30,482 nt of DNA from Abditibacteriaceae bacterium (GCA_031372065.1 JANMKN010000375.1:1-30482), one strand, 5' to 3'; positions 16,744 through 26,460 are shown, numbered from the stretch's first letter. The notes: a model not told the origin generated them from the letters alone. Program-made: numbers and translations.

Positions 16744-18729
16744 CTACTGAATACCGGACGAACCGCCACTGCCACCACCGGGTGGGCGGCGTCCACCGGG
16801 GGGCCTGCCACCACCTGGACGGCCCATGCCGGGGCTGCCGGAGCCGGGGCTGCCCGAACCAAAACCGGGGCCACCAAAGCCCGGTTCACCGCCGCCAATC
16901 ACGGTGACAGGCGGGATTTTCGTCGGCGCGGGCGCGGTGCGGTCAACAGTAAACGTGCCGGTGTAGTTCATTTCGTTGCCGCGATAATCTTGCGCGGTTA
17001 TGGCGATGGTATAAACGCCGTCGGCCAAAACCGGGCGCTGACCGGGTTGCGGCGCGATGAGGTTTACGCTTAATACGCCATTTGTGGGACTATAGGCCAT
17101 GCGTTTTGGATCGAACGGCACAGCCGCTGCATTCACCAGCACTTTGATACTTTCCGGCACGATGCCCGAACCCGGATCACTCAGCGTCACAGCAAAAGCC
17201 AACGGCGCGGTGCCGGGCACGACCAGTGGTTCATCGGGATCAAGCAAAAAAGCATCGTAGGTTTTTTCGGCAGTTGTCATAGCCAGCGAGGGATTTGAGG
17301 CATACGGCGCCACAGCATCAAAAGGCGTGCTTTCAAAAGCATAAAGCGCGGCGTTATCGCCCAACACGAAAAGCTGACCATCCACGGCAATCGGAGCCGC
17401 CGAAACGCCGTAAGTCAAGATTTTGGGGCCTGTGGGCGCCGCGCCGGGTGGCGCTGGCGCCGCGCCGCCACCTTCTGGGCCACCTTCCGGCGTTGGCGCC
17501 CCACCTTCGCCGCCAAAACCGCCACCTTGATCGTTAATCACTTGACTGGTTGCAGCCGCATCAACAACGCGCTGTGTTTCCATGCGATATTGCCATTTTA
17601 TGGCGCCATCGTTGGGATTCAGAGCATACAGCGTATCATTTTTGCAGCCCACTAAAACCAAGTCGGGCAGCAGTGTGACGTTGCCTATTTTTTTGCCCCG
17701 ATCAAGTTCTTTTTCTTCGGGCCAAATCATTTTGCCGCTGTTTAAATCCACGGCATACAAATAACCACGCTCGGTTCCCGCATAAACGCGGCCTTGGCCG
17801 CCGTTGGTCAGGCGTCCCGCAGGTGAAGTCGTTATGCGGCCTTTGGTGTTGACCGACCAAAGCGGGTTTCCCGTGCGTTGGTTATAAGCGCGCAATGTGG
17901 AACTAACGCCAAGAATCACTTTGTCGCCCAACAAAAGTGGCGATTCAAAAGCGGTTGAACCCAGTTTGACGCTGTAAATTTCTTTGCAATCAGCAGTGTT
18001 GAGCTTATAGAGCTTCTGATCTTGCATCGTGATAAACATCGTGGCACCATCGGGTGAGAGCGAAGGCGTGGAGGTGATGGCAGTGCGCCCTGTGCCGATA
18101 TTGAAGTCGTATTTCGGATCCAGTTCGCCACCACGCATGAAACCAATCACGCGGCCCACGGAAGTGCAAACGATGATGCGCTCGCCGTTGGGTGTGTTAA
18201 TCAAAACGGGTGCGCCGCCTTGAATGGTGCCGGGGGCTTTGCCTTCCCAAGCGCGGCCTCCGTCGGAGGTGCGAAAAGCGAGCAAGTCGCCTCTGGAAGT
18301 CAAAACCAAAATCACGTCACCATTTTGGCTCGGCAAGAGCGTCAAAGGCGCGCCTTGATTGCCCGGAATGTCCTTTTCCTGACTTTTCCAGAGCAGGTTG
18401 CCATTTTGCGCGTTGACGCAATAAAGCGTGCGGCCCGCCACGAAATACACGCGCCTATCGCCCGCTGGCCCTACCACGAGTGGCGGATAAAACCCGCGCG
18501 AGGAACCCGTGTCGTCCGTAGAATAGCGCCACATTAAATTCAAGGGCAATTCATAAGTGGCCTCACTGGAACCAGTGCGCTGCGGATCACCTTTCCACAT
18601 TGTCCATGCTTCGGTATTCGCAGCAACCGCAGGCGCGATAGTTCCTAAGCCCGGCACGCCGCTCAAAGGGAGGCCCGGCGGGAGGCCCAGAGCCAGAACC
18701 ATCGTCAAAATCAACGCACTGTGACGCAT
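16744..18729 (-). CDS. Secreted PQQ-like beta-propeller protein (BamB-like repeats) with a C-terminal Ig-like domain and Gly/Pro tail
   Basis: Repeated LYA.D..G...W motifs, W.M..GDP.RTG N-terminus, signal peptide, AGGAGA SD before ATG 18729. Confidence 0.85.
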   Translation of the reverse strand: MRHSALILTMVLALGLPPGLPLSGVPGLGTIAPAVAANTEAWTMWKGDPQRTGSSEATYELPLNLMWRYSTDDTGSSRGFYPPLVVGPAGDRRVYFVAGRTLYCVNAQNGNLLWKSQEKDIPGNQGAPLTLLPSQNGDVILVLTSRGDLLAFRTSDGGRAWEGKAPGTIQGGAPVLINTPNGERIIVCTSVGRVIGFMRGGELDPKYDFNIGTGRTAITSTPSLSPDGATMFITMQDQKLYKLNTADCKEIYSVKLGSTAFESPLLLGDKVILGVSSTLRAYNQRTGNPLWSVNTKGRITTSPAGRLTNGGQGRVYAGTERGYLYAVDLNSGKMIWPEEKELDRGKKIGNVTLLPDLVLVGCKNDTLYALNPNDGAIKWQYRMETQRVVDAAATSQVINDQGGGFGGEGGAPTPEGGPEGGGAAPAPPGAAPTGPKILTYGVSAAPIAVDGQLFVLGDNAALYAFESTPFDAVAPYASNPSLAMTTAEKTYDAFLLDPDEPLVVPGTAPLAFAVTLSDPGSGIVPESIKVLVNAAAVPFDPKRMAYSPTNGVLSVNLIAPQPGQRPVLADGVYTIAITAQDYRGNEMNYTGTFTVDRTAPAPTKIPPVTVIGGGEPGFGGPGFGSGSPGSGSPGMGRPGGGRPPGGRRPPGGGSGGSSGIQ

Positions 18730-18741
18730 AAATCTCCTAAA

Positions 18742-18820
18742 TGGGTGCTGGGTCTTGGGTTCTGGGTTCGGGAAAAACACCAACCGTTTTCCCCAAACCC
18801 AGCCTCCAGCACCGAAAACC
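18742..18820. repeat. Inverted heptamer-unit element (TGGGTNC type)
   Basis: TGGGTGC TGGGTCT TGGGTTC TGGGTTC GGGAAAA ... TTTTCCCCAAACCCAGCCTCCAGCACC. Confidence 0.75.
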
Positions 18821-19518
18821 TACTCTTCCGCCTCACGAATACGATAACCGGCGGGCGGTTGAAACTGCGAAGACGGCAAGGCTTTGATTTTTTGATAATC
18901 CTGCCAGGTCGCAGTCGCAGTTAATTGCTTCGATTTGATTTCCATTCGCACCGGCAAAGCATCGCTCAAACGTAGTATTGCCTTCACTTGACCGCTTTGT
19001 CCCATGAATTTTGAGGAAGTCCAGATTTCCACCGCTTGCCCCTGCAATTTTGCGGTTCCGGTGCGTTTGGCGCCTTGTTTTTTAAGATTCTCACGGATTG
19101 ACGCGGGATCGCGCAGCCACGGCTGCGGGTCAAGGCTGGAAAGTCCCGGCTCCTTCGATGATTTTGACAAATGATAGCGGGTGCCTGTTTTCGAGCGCGG
19201 CAATAATTTATAAAGATAAGGCGGCGAAACCAGCACCACAAGCGGCCTTTCGGCCACCGATGTTTCGAGACGCGCTTGTTGCCCTTGCGCGACAATTTTG
19301 GCGTTTAAAGCGTCGCCGGGCATAGCATCCTCCGTGTCAACATGATATTGAAAGGCCGCTTTCAAGCGGAACGACAACGCCGACAACGGAGGCGCCGTTT
19401 TAGGCGCGGCCAGCGAGCCGGTTTGTCCACTGACTAAGCAGAAAAAGAGCAACCCGATTTGATTGCTACTCCAACGAAACAAGGACACAGAAACGACTCC
19501 TGCAAAAAGAATTTCCAT
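18820..19518 (-). CDS. Exported hypothetical protein, LolA-like/DUF4412-like fold suspected
   Basis: 236-aa ORF ending F.PPAGY.I, with a K.TGT..L.G..VE.W motif; start uncertain (19518 or 19530). Confidence 0.55.
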   Translation of the reverse strand: MEILFAGVVSVSLFRWSSNQIGLLFFCLVSGQTGSLAAPKTAPPLSALSFRLKAAFQYHVDTEDAMPGDALNAKIVAQGQQARLETSVAERPLVVLVSPPYLYKLLPRSKTGTRYHLSKSSKEPGLSSLDPQPWLRDPASIRENLKKQGAKRTGTAKLQGQAVEIWTSSKFMGQSGQVKAILRLSDALPVRMEIKSKQLTATATWQDYQKIKALPSSQFQPPAGYRIREAEE

Positions 19519-19920
19519 TACGAAAAACAAAGCGAGAAACCAAGCAAAAGGACAGCAGAAAGCGGCGGGAACTCAACCACGGGATAATCAAAAGGCAACA
19601 ACACAACGGTAGATTAAAGTTAGCTTATTCGCCCGTCTGACGCAAATTAAAATGCCGCTCAAAGCCCACTACCCGCCTATTTTCCGAGTGGATGACGCTG
19701 CCAGACGCGCTAAATCGCATTAACGTTCTCTGCAAAACGCAAAATCTCAACTCCAGCAAAGATTTTCTCGGCACAGGATATGCGAATTTCGATTTTATGT
19801 TGGATTTAATCTGTTTGATTGATTCGCAAATAAAGGAACCGATTGTCCTTGAAAAGCCATGATAAAATGAATTACGGCGTTGCGTGAAACCACACCGGCG
19901 CTGCGGAAAGGGTGGAAACT

Positions 19921-20442
19921 ATGACGATGATAGAAATGACCGTTGAAGGAATCGGAATTGACCCGCATAACAATCCTTTAGTGCTTCTGCGCGACACCGA
20001 GCGCAAAATGTTCGTGCCGATTTGGATTGGCCCAGCGGAAGCGATTTCTATTCAATGGGAGTTGGATCACCGCCAGCCCCCGCGTCCCATGACACACGAC
20101 TTGATGACCAATGTTTTTCGCGAAATGGGCATTCGTTTGTTGCGTGTGACAGTTAATGAATTTACTGATCAGGTTTATTTCGCGCGCCTGCATTTGCAAA
20201 TTGGCAATGAAGAAGGGGAAGTGCAGGAAGTGGATGCGCGTCCGTCCGATGCCATTGCTTTGGCATTGCGCGCCAATTGCCAGATTTTAGTCAGCGACGA
20301 TGTGGCGCAAAAAACTGGCATTCAAGTCGAAGATAACGAAGACGTAACCGACGACGACATCGAAAATGCCTCGCCCGCCGAAGTTGACAAGTTTCAGCGT
20401 TTGCTCGAAGGCGTAGATTTGGGTGACGGCACATCGAATTAA
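19921..20442 (+). CDS. Bifunctional nuclease family protein (DUF151)
   Basis: PIWIG..EA, RP.THDL and DARPSDAIALALR motifs. Confidence 0.93.
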   Translation: MTMIEMTVEGIGIDPHNNPLVLLRDTERKMFVPIWIGPAEAISIQWELDHRQPPRPMTHDLMTNVFREMGIRLLRVTVNEFTDQVYFARLHLQIGNEEGEVQEVDARPSDAIALALRANCQILVSDDVAQKTGIQVEDNEDVTDDDIENASPAEVDKFQRLLEGVDLGDGTSN

Positions 20443-20501
20443 GAACCCAGAGCGTCAGCGTCAGGCCGTATTTTAGCCCATCGCTGACGCTCCCGGTTCT
20501 T
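20441..20501. repeat. REP-like imperfect inverted repeat, probable terminator
   Basis: AAGAACCCAGAGCGTCAGCG ... CGCTGACGCTCCCGGTTCTT. Confidence 0.65.
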
Positions 20502-20640
20502 TTGCACATTGTGTTCTTTTGCACATTGTTTTGAACAGAAAGGTTTTCATCACGTCGAAGGCCATCGTTCCGGCGGAAAACAGGACGCACACAACGCGAC
20601 GCACACAACGCAAAGGGCCGCCCGGCAGGAGAAAATTTTC

Positions 20641-21324
20641 ATGCAAAACAACCGTTACACTCGCGGATTCGCAATTTTCACAGGCAGCGTTTTGGCTGCT
20701 TCGGCCTTTATAGCGCCTGCTCCAGTTAAAGCCGACAAAGCCGACACCATCAAAATGGGAGCCACTGTTTTAGCGGGCGCTGCCGCCGTTTTGGCTGCGA
20801 AAGGCAAAACCGTGCCCGCCATCATCGCTGGCGCCGCCGGTTATTACGCCTACAAAAAAGGCCGCTCGGAAGATCGTAAGAAAAACGACCCCTATTACGG
20901 GCAAGCTGGCCAGTATCCGCAATATCCCGGCACCTCGTATCCGACCACTTACCCGTCGAACAATTATCCCAGCGAAACGACGTATCCGACAGAAACAACG
21001 TATCCGACCTATGGAAACGATTACCCAACCTATGGGAACAATCCGACCTATGGATCGAATTACCCGACTTACAACAATCCGTCGAACAGCTACCCGACTT
21101 ACAATGAACCGACGTATTCCAATTATCCGTCGGGTGGCTACGGCGTTAACAATAGTGGTAACAATAATTGCCACGACAGCAACCGCAACACCGGTTATAA
21201 CGGCGGCTATAGTAATGGCTCTGATCGTTATCCCAGCAGTTATAGCGCTGTGGCGCCTAAGTCCGCTGCATCCGCGCCGCGCTCCAATCAACATAGTGCA
21301 AACAAACACGTTGTGTTGCGCTAA
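20641..21324 (+). CDS. Exported hypothetical protein with Tyr-Pro-Thr/Asn/Gly low-complexity repeats
   Basis: AGGAG SD before ATG 20641; signal peptide; repeated YPT(Y) units. Confidence 0.7.
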   Translation: MQNNRYTRGFAIFTGSVLAASAFIAPAPVKADKADTIKMGATVLAGAAAVLAAKGKTVPAIIAGAAGYYAYKKGRSEDRKKNDPYYGQAGQYPQYPGTSYPTTYPSNNYPSETTYPTETTYPTYGNDYPTYGNNPTYGSNYPTYNNPSNSYPTYNEPTYSNYPSGGYGVNNSGNNNCHDSNRNTGYNGGYSNGSDRYPSSYSAVAPKSAASAPRSNQHSANKHVVLR

Positions 21325-21352
21325 GTTTTCCAGTTCAAAAGCGGTTCTCCCT

Positions 21353-21398
21353 ATCAAAAACCGGTCTCGCAGAAGTTCTTGCGAGGCCGGTTTTTGAT
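21353..21398 (+). terminator. Intrinsic terminator
   Basis: ATCAAAAACCGGTCTCGCA / TGCGAGGCCGGTTTTTGAT. Confidence 0.8.
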
Positions 21399-21452
21399 TG
21401 TATAGCTTCCGTAGATTTGGGGGACTTTTCCGATTGCGAAACGTTGGACTGC

Positions 21453-21481
21453 TTGACAAATGCGGCGCCCGCGCCTAAAAT
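21453..21481 (+). promoter_or_regulatory. Sigma70-type promoter of the yceD-rpmF-plsX-fab operon
   Basis: TTGACA (21453-21458), 17-nt spacer, TAAAAT (21476-21481). Confidence 0.8.
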
Positions 21482-21624
21482 CCCTTCTTGCGAATTTGAC
21501 GGACAGCGAATTTCAAAACCTTGACGTTTCAGTTTTTCGTTTCGTGTGGCCTTGTTTATGTCTGTCCGGGCCGTGCCAAAGCGAGATGCGGGGCGCCGTT
21601 GAGTGAGAGGCAAGGTGAAATCCT

Positions 21625-22173
21625 ATGTATCTTGACTTAACTGACATCCTAAGATCGCCCGGTAGCAGCGTGGAAAAACCGATTGCGCTGGCGCCGGTGA
21701 TGCTTGACGATATTGAACTGAAAGCGCCGCTCAAAGGCTGGATTAAAGCGACCAACGCACGCCACAATGTAGTGATTAGCGGTCAGGTTTCGACGACGAT
21801 CATGCAAGATTGCGGGCGTTGTCTGGAACCGTTCGAGCAACCCATAGAAGTGGAACTCGAAGCCGTCGCGCCGGTTCGTTACTTTCTTTCGCGCCTGAAT
21901 GGAACAATTGAAAGCGACGAAGACGAAACGCAAAACGAATTAACTGCTGACGAACTGGCCGCGCTGTTTGATGCTCACACATTGGACGTGCTGGAACTGA
22001 TTCGCCAGGCAATTGTGCTACAAACGCCGATTGCGCCGCTGTGCAATGAAGATTGCGCGGGCTTGCCCGAAGCGGCTGATTTTCAGGAAGAACACGATGC
22101 GCGCTGGAATGCGTTGTCCGAGTGGCAGCGAAATCATCCCACGTTGCCGGATGCTTCCGCGCATAATAATTAA
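21625..22173 (+). CDS. yceD: DUF177 (YceD) protein
   Basis: C.RCL and P..PLC.EDC.GL..D.RW..L motifs; directly upstream of rpmF. Confidence 0.9.
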   Translation: MYLDLTDILRSPGSSVEKPIALAPVMLDDIELKAPLKGWIKATNARHNVVISGQVSTTIMQDCGRCLEPFEQPIEVELEAVAPVRYFLSRLNGTIESDEDETQNELTADELAALFDAHTLDVLELIRQAIVLQTPIAPLCNEDCAGLPEAADFQEEHDARWNALSEWQRNHPTLPDASAHNN

Positions 22174-22192
22174 GAAGGATTGAAGAACGACT

Positions 22193-22399
22193 ATGGCTCT
22201 GCCCAAGCGACGGAAATCGCACGCACGCGTGCGCACGCGCCAACAACAATGGCGCGCCAAAAAAGTGACGACGACAACTTGTGCCCATTGCAGCACCACG
22301 ATTTTGCCACATCGCGCCTGCACCACCTGTGGCTACTACAATGGTCGCCAAGTGCTTGCCACCCGCGACCGTAGCGCGCAAGCGCCGGAGGCAGATTAA
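22193..22399 (+). CDS. rpmF: 50S ribosomal protein L32, zinc-binding form
   Basis: MALPKRRKS, CAHC...PHRAC..CG.Y.GR. Confidence 0.97.
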   Translation: MALPKRRKSHARVRTRQQQWRAKKVTTTTCAHCSTTILPHRACTTCGYYNGRQVLATRDRSAQAPEAD

Positions 22400-22479
22400 G
22401 TTAGGAGTTTTGGGTGAGGAGTTTAGAGTTGATAAGAATTTTTACTTAACTCCAAACTCAGAACTTAAAACTCGAAACT
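22399..22479. repeat. Inverted heptamer-unit element (AGTTNNG/CNNAACT type)
   Basis: AGTTAGG AGTTTTG GGTGAGG AGTTTAG AGTT ... AACT CCAAACT CAGAACT TAAAACT CGAAACT. Confidence 0.8.
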
Positions 22480-22485
22480 GCCTTT

Positions 22486-23577
22486 ATGCGTATCGCCCTT
22501 GATGCGATGGGCGGCGATCATGGCCCGCAAGTCATCGTTGACGGTGCTGTGCAAGCAGCGCGCGACTTTGGCGTTGAAATCATTTTAGTCGGCCTCGAAG
22601 ACGAAATTCGCCGCTGTTTTCCTACAAAAAACAGCGGCGATTTGTCGTCTGCCATTTTGCCGCCCGGCATTTCGATTCAACACGCGTCGCAAGTCGTGGA
22701 AATGCACGAAGAACCGATTGTCGCGCGCCGTAAAAAGCCCGATTCGTCGTGCGCTGTCGCCACGCAATTGCACGCCGATGGCAAAGCTGACGCCGTGATT
22801 TCCGCTGGCAATACCGGCGTGGCGGCCACCGAAGCCTTTTTTCGCTTGCGGCGTATCCCCGGCATTGATCGGCCCGGCATCGCCACGGTTTTTCCGACGC
22901 GCTCACATCCCCTTGTCGCCATTGATACTGGCGCCAATGTCGAATGCAGGCCAAAACATTTGGCCGATTTTGCCGTTTTGGGCGCGGCTTATGTTCACAC
23001 TGTTACCGGTATTATTCCCGGCATCGAAGCCAAAAAAGGCCATTTGCCAACTGTGGGTTTGCTTTCCGTTGGCGAAGAAGAAAACAAAGGCAACGACCTT
23101 ACCAAAGCCGCTCATAAAATCCTCAAGGAAAACGCCGTCAAGGGCAAATACGAGTTTTATGGCAATGTCGAAGGCCGCGATGTGGCTTATGGCACCGTTG
23201 ACGTTATCGTTTGCGATGGTTTTGTCGGCAACGTCGTTTTAAAAGTCGCCGAAGGCTTCTCCAAAACTTTCGGCGGCGAACTGCGCAACGCCTTGATGCG
23301 CGACTGGCGCTCAAAACTGGGCGCGTTTTTATTAAAACCGTCGCTGGAACAGTTCAAACAAAAGTTCGATTACACTGGATTCGGCGGAGCCGCGCTTTTG
23401 GGCGTTAATGGCGTGTGTATTATCTGCCACGGCAGCAGCGAAGCGCCTTCGATTTACTCGGCTTGCCGCATTGCCAAGCAAATCGCCGAAGCCGGAATTG
23501 TCGAACATATTAAAACCGCCGTCGCGCAGGCGCCCACAGAAAATGTAGAATTGAAGGTTGAAAGCGAAGAAAAATAA
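22486..23577 (+). CDS. plsX: Phosphate acyltransferase PlsX
   Basis: IALDAMGGD.GP, SAGNTG, GIDRP, VCDGF.GNV.LK and GA.LLG..G....HG motifs. Confidence 0.97.
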   Translation: MRIALDAMGGDHGPQVIVDGAVQAARDFGVEIILVGLEDEIRRCFPTKNSGDLSSAILPPGISIQHASQVVEMHEEPIVARRKKPDSSCAVATQLHADGKADAVISAGNTGVAATEAFFRLRRIPGIDRPGIATVFPTRSHPLVAIDTGANVECRPKHLADFAVLGAAYVHTVTGIIPGIEAKKGHLPTVGLLSVGEEENKGNDLTKAAHKILKENAVKGKYEFYGNVEGRDVAYGTVDVIVCDGFVGNVVLKVAEGFSKTFGGELRNALMRDWRSKLGAFLLKPSLEQFKQKFDYTGFGGAALLGVNGVCIICHGSSEAPSIYSACRIAKQIAEAGIVEHIKTAVAQAPTENVELKVESEEK

Positions 23578-23599
23578 TCTTCCTTTTCGATTCTCTTCC

Positions 23600-24649
23600 A
23601 TGACCCACGAAGTCACAGCCACGCCACCTGTTGCGTTACATCGCCCGTTGCCGTCTTTGCGCTCGGCTGCGATTACGGGCCTCGGCGTTTATCTGCCGAA
23701 AAAGGTGCTGACCAACGCCGAACTCGAAAAAATGGTGGACACCAACGATGAGTGGATTCGCTCGCGGACAGGCATCGCCGAGCGGCGCATCGCAGCCGAT
23801 AACGAATCTACCGCCGATTTAGCCGAAAAAGCTGCCCGCGCCGCCCTCAAAGACGCAGGCGTGGCTCCGGGCGAAGTTCAACTGGTCATTGTCGCCACTT
23901 GCACGCCGGATTACCAATTTCCAGCCACCGCCGCCCTGCTTCAACATCGCTTGGGCTGCACTGCTGCCGCGTTTGACCTCGAAGCCGCGTGTTCAGGTTT
24001 CGTTTACGGTTTGGTTGTGGCGCAGCAATTCATCGCAACGGGCGCCGTTGACACAGTTTTGGTGGTAGGCGCCGAAGTGATGTCGCGCATTTTGGATTGG
24101 ACTGACCGCAATACTTGCGTTTTGTTCGGCGATGGCGCGGGCGCGGCTGTGGTGCAAGCCGCGCCGCCGGGTTACGGCGTGATTGGCATTGATTTGGGTG
24201 CCAACGGCGCGGGCGGCGAACTGTTGAAAGTCGAAATTGACCCGAAAAGTGCCGAAGGCGCCTCCTGCGCCGCGCCGCGCAAGATTTATCAGAACGGCAA
24301 AGAGGTTTATCGCTTCGCGGTCAATGTTATCGGCGAAAGTGCCGTGCGTGCCGCGCAAAATGCCAGTTTGGAGCCGTCGAAAGTGGATTTATTGGTGCCG
24401 CATCAAGCCAATATCCGCATCATCGAAAGCGCCGCCAAGCGCATGGGCTTGCCGATGGAAAAAGTCTTCGTCAACGTCCACAAATACGGCAACACTTCGG
24501 CGGCCAGCATCCCGATTGCGCTTTGCGAAGCGCGTGACGAAGGCCGTTTGAAGCACGACGACAACATTGTCATCGTCGGTTTTGGCGCCGGTTTGACATG
24601 GGCCGGAGCCGCCATAAGGTGGCACGAAAAAGGTGGCGGCGGTGCATAG
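23600..24649 (+). CDS. fabH: Beta-ketoacyl-ACP synthase III
   Basis: AACSGF, DR.TC.LFGDGAGA, PHQAN.RI and YGNTSAASIP; start set at ATG 23600. Confidence 0.97.
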   Translation: MTHEVTATPPVALHRPLPSLRSAAITGLGVYLPKKVLTNAELEKMVDTNDEWIRSRTGIAERRIAADNESTADLAEKAARAALKDAGVAPGEVQLVIVATCTPDYQFPATAALLQHRLGCTAAAFDLEAACSGFVYGLVVAQQFIATGAVDTVLVVGAEVMSRILDWTDRNTCVLFGDGAGAAVVQAAPPGYGVIGIDLGANGAGGELLKVEIDPKSAEGASCAAPRKIYQNGKEVYRFAVNVIGESAVRAAQNASLEPSKVDLLVPHQANIRIIESAAKRMGLPMEKVFVNVHKYGNTSAASIPIALCEARDEGRLKHDDNIVIVGFGAGLTWAGAAIRWHEKGGGGA

Positions 24650-24711
24650 TTTTCCTACTCGCTGACTGTGGAACTGCTACCGGCAAGACCGAATTATTGC
24701 AATCTATCGTC

Positions 24712-24921
24712 AAAGCGATACGGATTATTGCTAAAGCGATACAAATTATCGTCAAAGCGATACGAATTATGACCGAAGCGATAGAAATTATGCCCAAAGC
24801 GATACTCCGGGAAGCCGAAGCGATATGGCGGCAGGTTGCAGCGATAGGACGGGAAGCCAAAGCCATAGAGCGGGGAGTCAAAGCGATACCCGGAATGCCA
24901 ATAGCGACAGCATTTTGCTTT
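24712..24921. repeat. 21-bp tandem array of about 10 units: conserved AAAGCGATA core plus 12-nt variable tail
   Basis: Cores every 21 bp at 24712, 24733, 24754, 24775, 24796, 24817, 24838, 24859, 24880 and 24901. Confidence 0.93.
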
Positions 24922-24934
24922 CTCAACAGGTCTT

Positions 24935-25507
24935 ATGACTAAAAAATTCGACGTTTCGCAAGCGCAGAAATTGGATACAACCGAGCGATTGAAATGGAAT
25001 AACCCACGCGAAATTGTCGCGGCGGCCCATATTCCGGTTGGTTCGCGCGTGGCCGAAATCGGCTGCGGCACGGGCTGGTTTACTTTTGAAATCGAAAAAG
25101 TGGTGCGCCCGCGCGGCATGGTTTACGCCTTAGATATGCAGCCCGCGATGCTGCAAATTTTGCGGGCGCGCCGCGAATGGGAGCGCATTCTCACTTTGCC
25201 GTGCCGCGAGAACGAATTTGAACTCGATAACGGCGAAGTGGACGTGATTTTTCACGCCAACACGCTGCACGAATGCGAAAATCCCGCCGCGCACCTGCAA
25301 GAAGTCGCACGCGTTTCCAAAGATGGCGGGCGTTTGGTTCTCATCGAATGGCACTTGTCCAGCGACGAATCGCAGCCCGGCCCGCCCAATACGCAGCGCA
25401 TCGAACAAAGCGAGGCCGAAAAACTCATCGAATCCGCCGGTTTTAAAGTGCAAAGCCGCAACGATGTTGGGCCGTATCATTATTTGATTCAAGCGACGAA
25501 ACAGTGA
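24935..25507 (+). CDS. Class I SAM-dependent methyltransferase
   Basis: Motif I VAEIGCGTGWF, VYALD, and the V.K.GGRL..IEW post-motif. Confidence 0.9.
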   Translation: MTKKFDVSQAQKLDTTERLKWNNPREIVAAAHIPVGSRVAEIGCGTGWFTFEIEKVVRPRGMVYALDMQPAMLQILRARREWERILTLPCRENEFELDNGEVDVIFHANTLHECENPAAHLQEVARVSKDGGRLVLIEWHLSSDESQPGPPNTQRIEQSEAEKLIESAGFKVQSRNDVGPYHYLIQATKQ

Positions 25508-25582
25508 TCGGTGGGCAGTGTTCAGTGAGCAGAAATATCTCGCTGACCACTGACCGCTGACCACTGACCACTGACCACTGAC
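25502..25582. repeat. Inverted heptamer-unit element (CAGTGNN/CTGACCA type), same family as 6134-6303
   Basis: CAGTGAT CGGTGGG CAGTGTT CAGTGAG ... about five CTGACCA units; ATCGGTGGGCAG is shared with 6134-6145. Confidence 0.85.
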
Positions 25583-25584
25583 AC

Positions 25585-26460
25585 ATGAACGCTTTTCTTT
25601 TTCCCGGACAGGGCAGCCAAAAAGTCGGCATGGGCCACGCGCTTTTTGAAAAATCGGACGCGGCGCGCCAACTTTTCGCCCAAGCCAACGAAATTCTCGG
25701 CTACGATTTGCAAGCGCTATGCTTTGACGGGCCGCAGGAGGATTTAACCGACACACGTCACGCGCAACCGGCGCTGCTCACAGTGGGCGTTTTGCACTGG
25801 CAAGAAGCGCAAAGCGCGGGCATTACCGCGCAGATGGTCGCCGGACATTCTTTGGGCGAATATACGGCGCTGGTAGCCGCTGGCGCGCTGAATTTTGAAG
25901 ATGCTTTGCGTCTTGTGCAAAAACGCGCCGAATTGATGGCAAAGGCGCCGCACGGCGCGATGGCGGCGATTATTGGCCTCGCGGACGACAAAGTTTTGGA
26001 AGTGCTACAAAACGCCGCCGGAACCGTTGTCGCGGCCAATTTCAATTCGCCGGGGCAAGTTGTCATTTCGGGTGAAACAAGTGCCGTCGAAAATGCCATG
26101 CACGCTGCCAAAAGCGCGGGCGCCAAAATGACGGTAAAACTGCAAGTGAGCGGCGCCTTTCATTCGCCCTTGATGCATGAAGCGGGCGCGCAAATGAGCC
26201 GACTCATTGACGCTGCGCCATTTCAGGATGCGCAAATTCCGGTTTATCAAAACACCACCGCGCGCCCGGCAACTGCCGCAGGGGATTTAAAAGCCGCCTT
26301 GCGCGATCAAATGACCAACCCCGTGCGCTGGACGCAAACCATTCAAAACATGATTGCGGACGGCGCGGGGCAATTTTACGAACTCGGCCCCGGCAACGTT
26401 TTAGCGGGCCTCGTGCGGCGCATTGATAAATCGGTGAGCGTGGAAACGACGGATAAATAA
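25585..26460 (+). CDS. fabD: Malonyl-CoA:ACP transacylase
   Basis: FPGQGSQ, AQPAL, AGHSLGEY and VSGAFHS.LM motifs. Confidence 0.98.
   Translation: MNAFLFPGQGSQKVGMGHALFEKSDAARQLFAQANEILGYDLQALCFDGPQEDLTDTRHAQPALLTVGVLHWQEAQSAGITAQMVAGHSLGEYTALVAAGALNFEDALRLVQKRAELMAKAPHGAMAAIIGLADDKVLEVLQNAAGTVVAANFNSPGQVVISGETSAVENAMHAAKSAGAKMTVKLQVSGAFHSPLMHEAGAQMSRLIDAAPFQDAQIPVYQNTTARPATAAGDLKAALRDQMTNPVRWTQTIQNMIADGAGQFYELGPGNVLAGLVRRIDKSVSVETTDK

Noticed and set aside
19769..19783. Sigma54-like CGGCAC-N5-ATGC upstream of the DUF151 gene
   Set aside because: Two mismatches to consensus, and an extended -10 (TGATAAAAT, 19860-19868) lies nearer the gene; not enough support.
16304..24921. The 21-bp arrays at 16304 and 24712 as CRISPR arrays
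   Set aside because: Cores of 8-9 nt and tails of 12-13 nt are far below CRISPR sizes, the tails are related to one another, and no cas genes are present.
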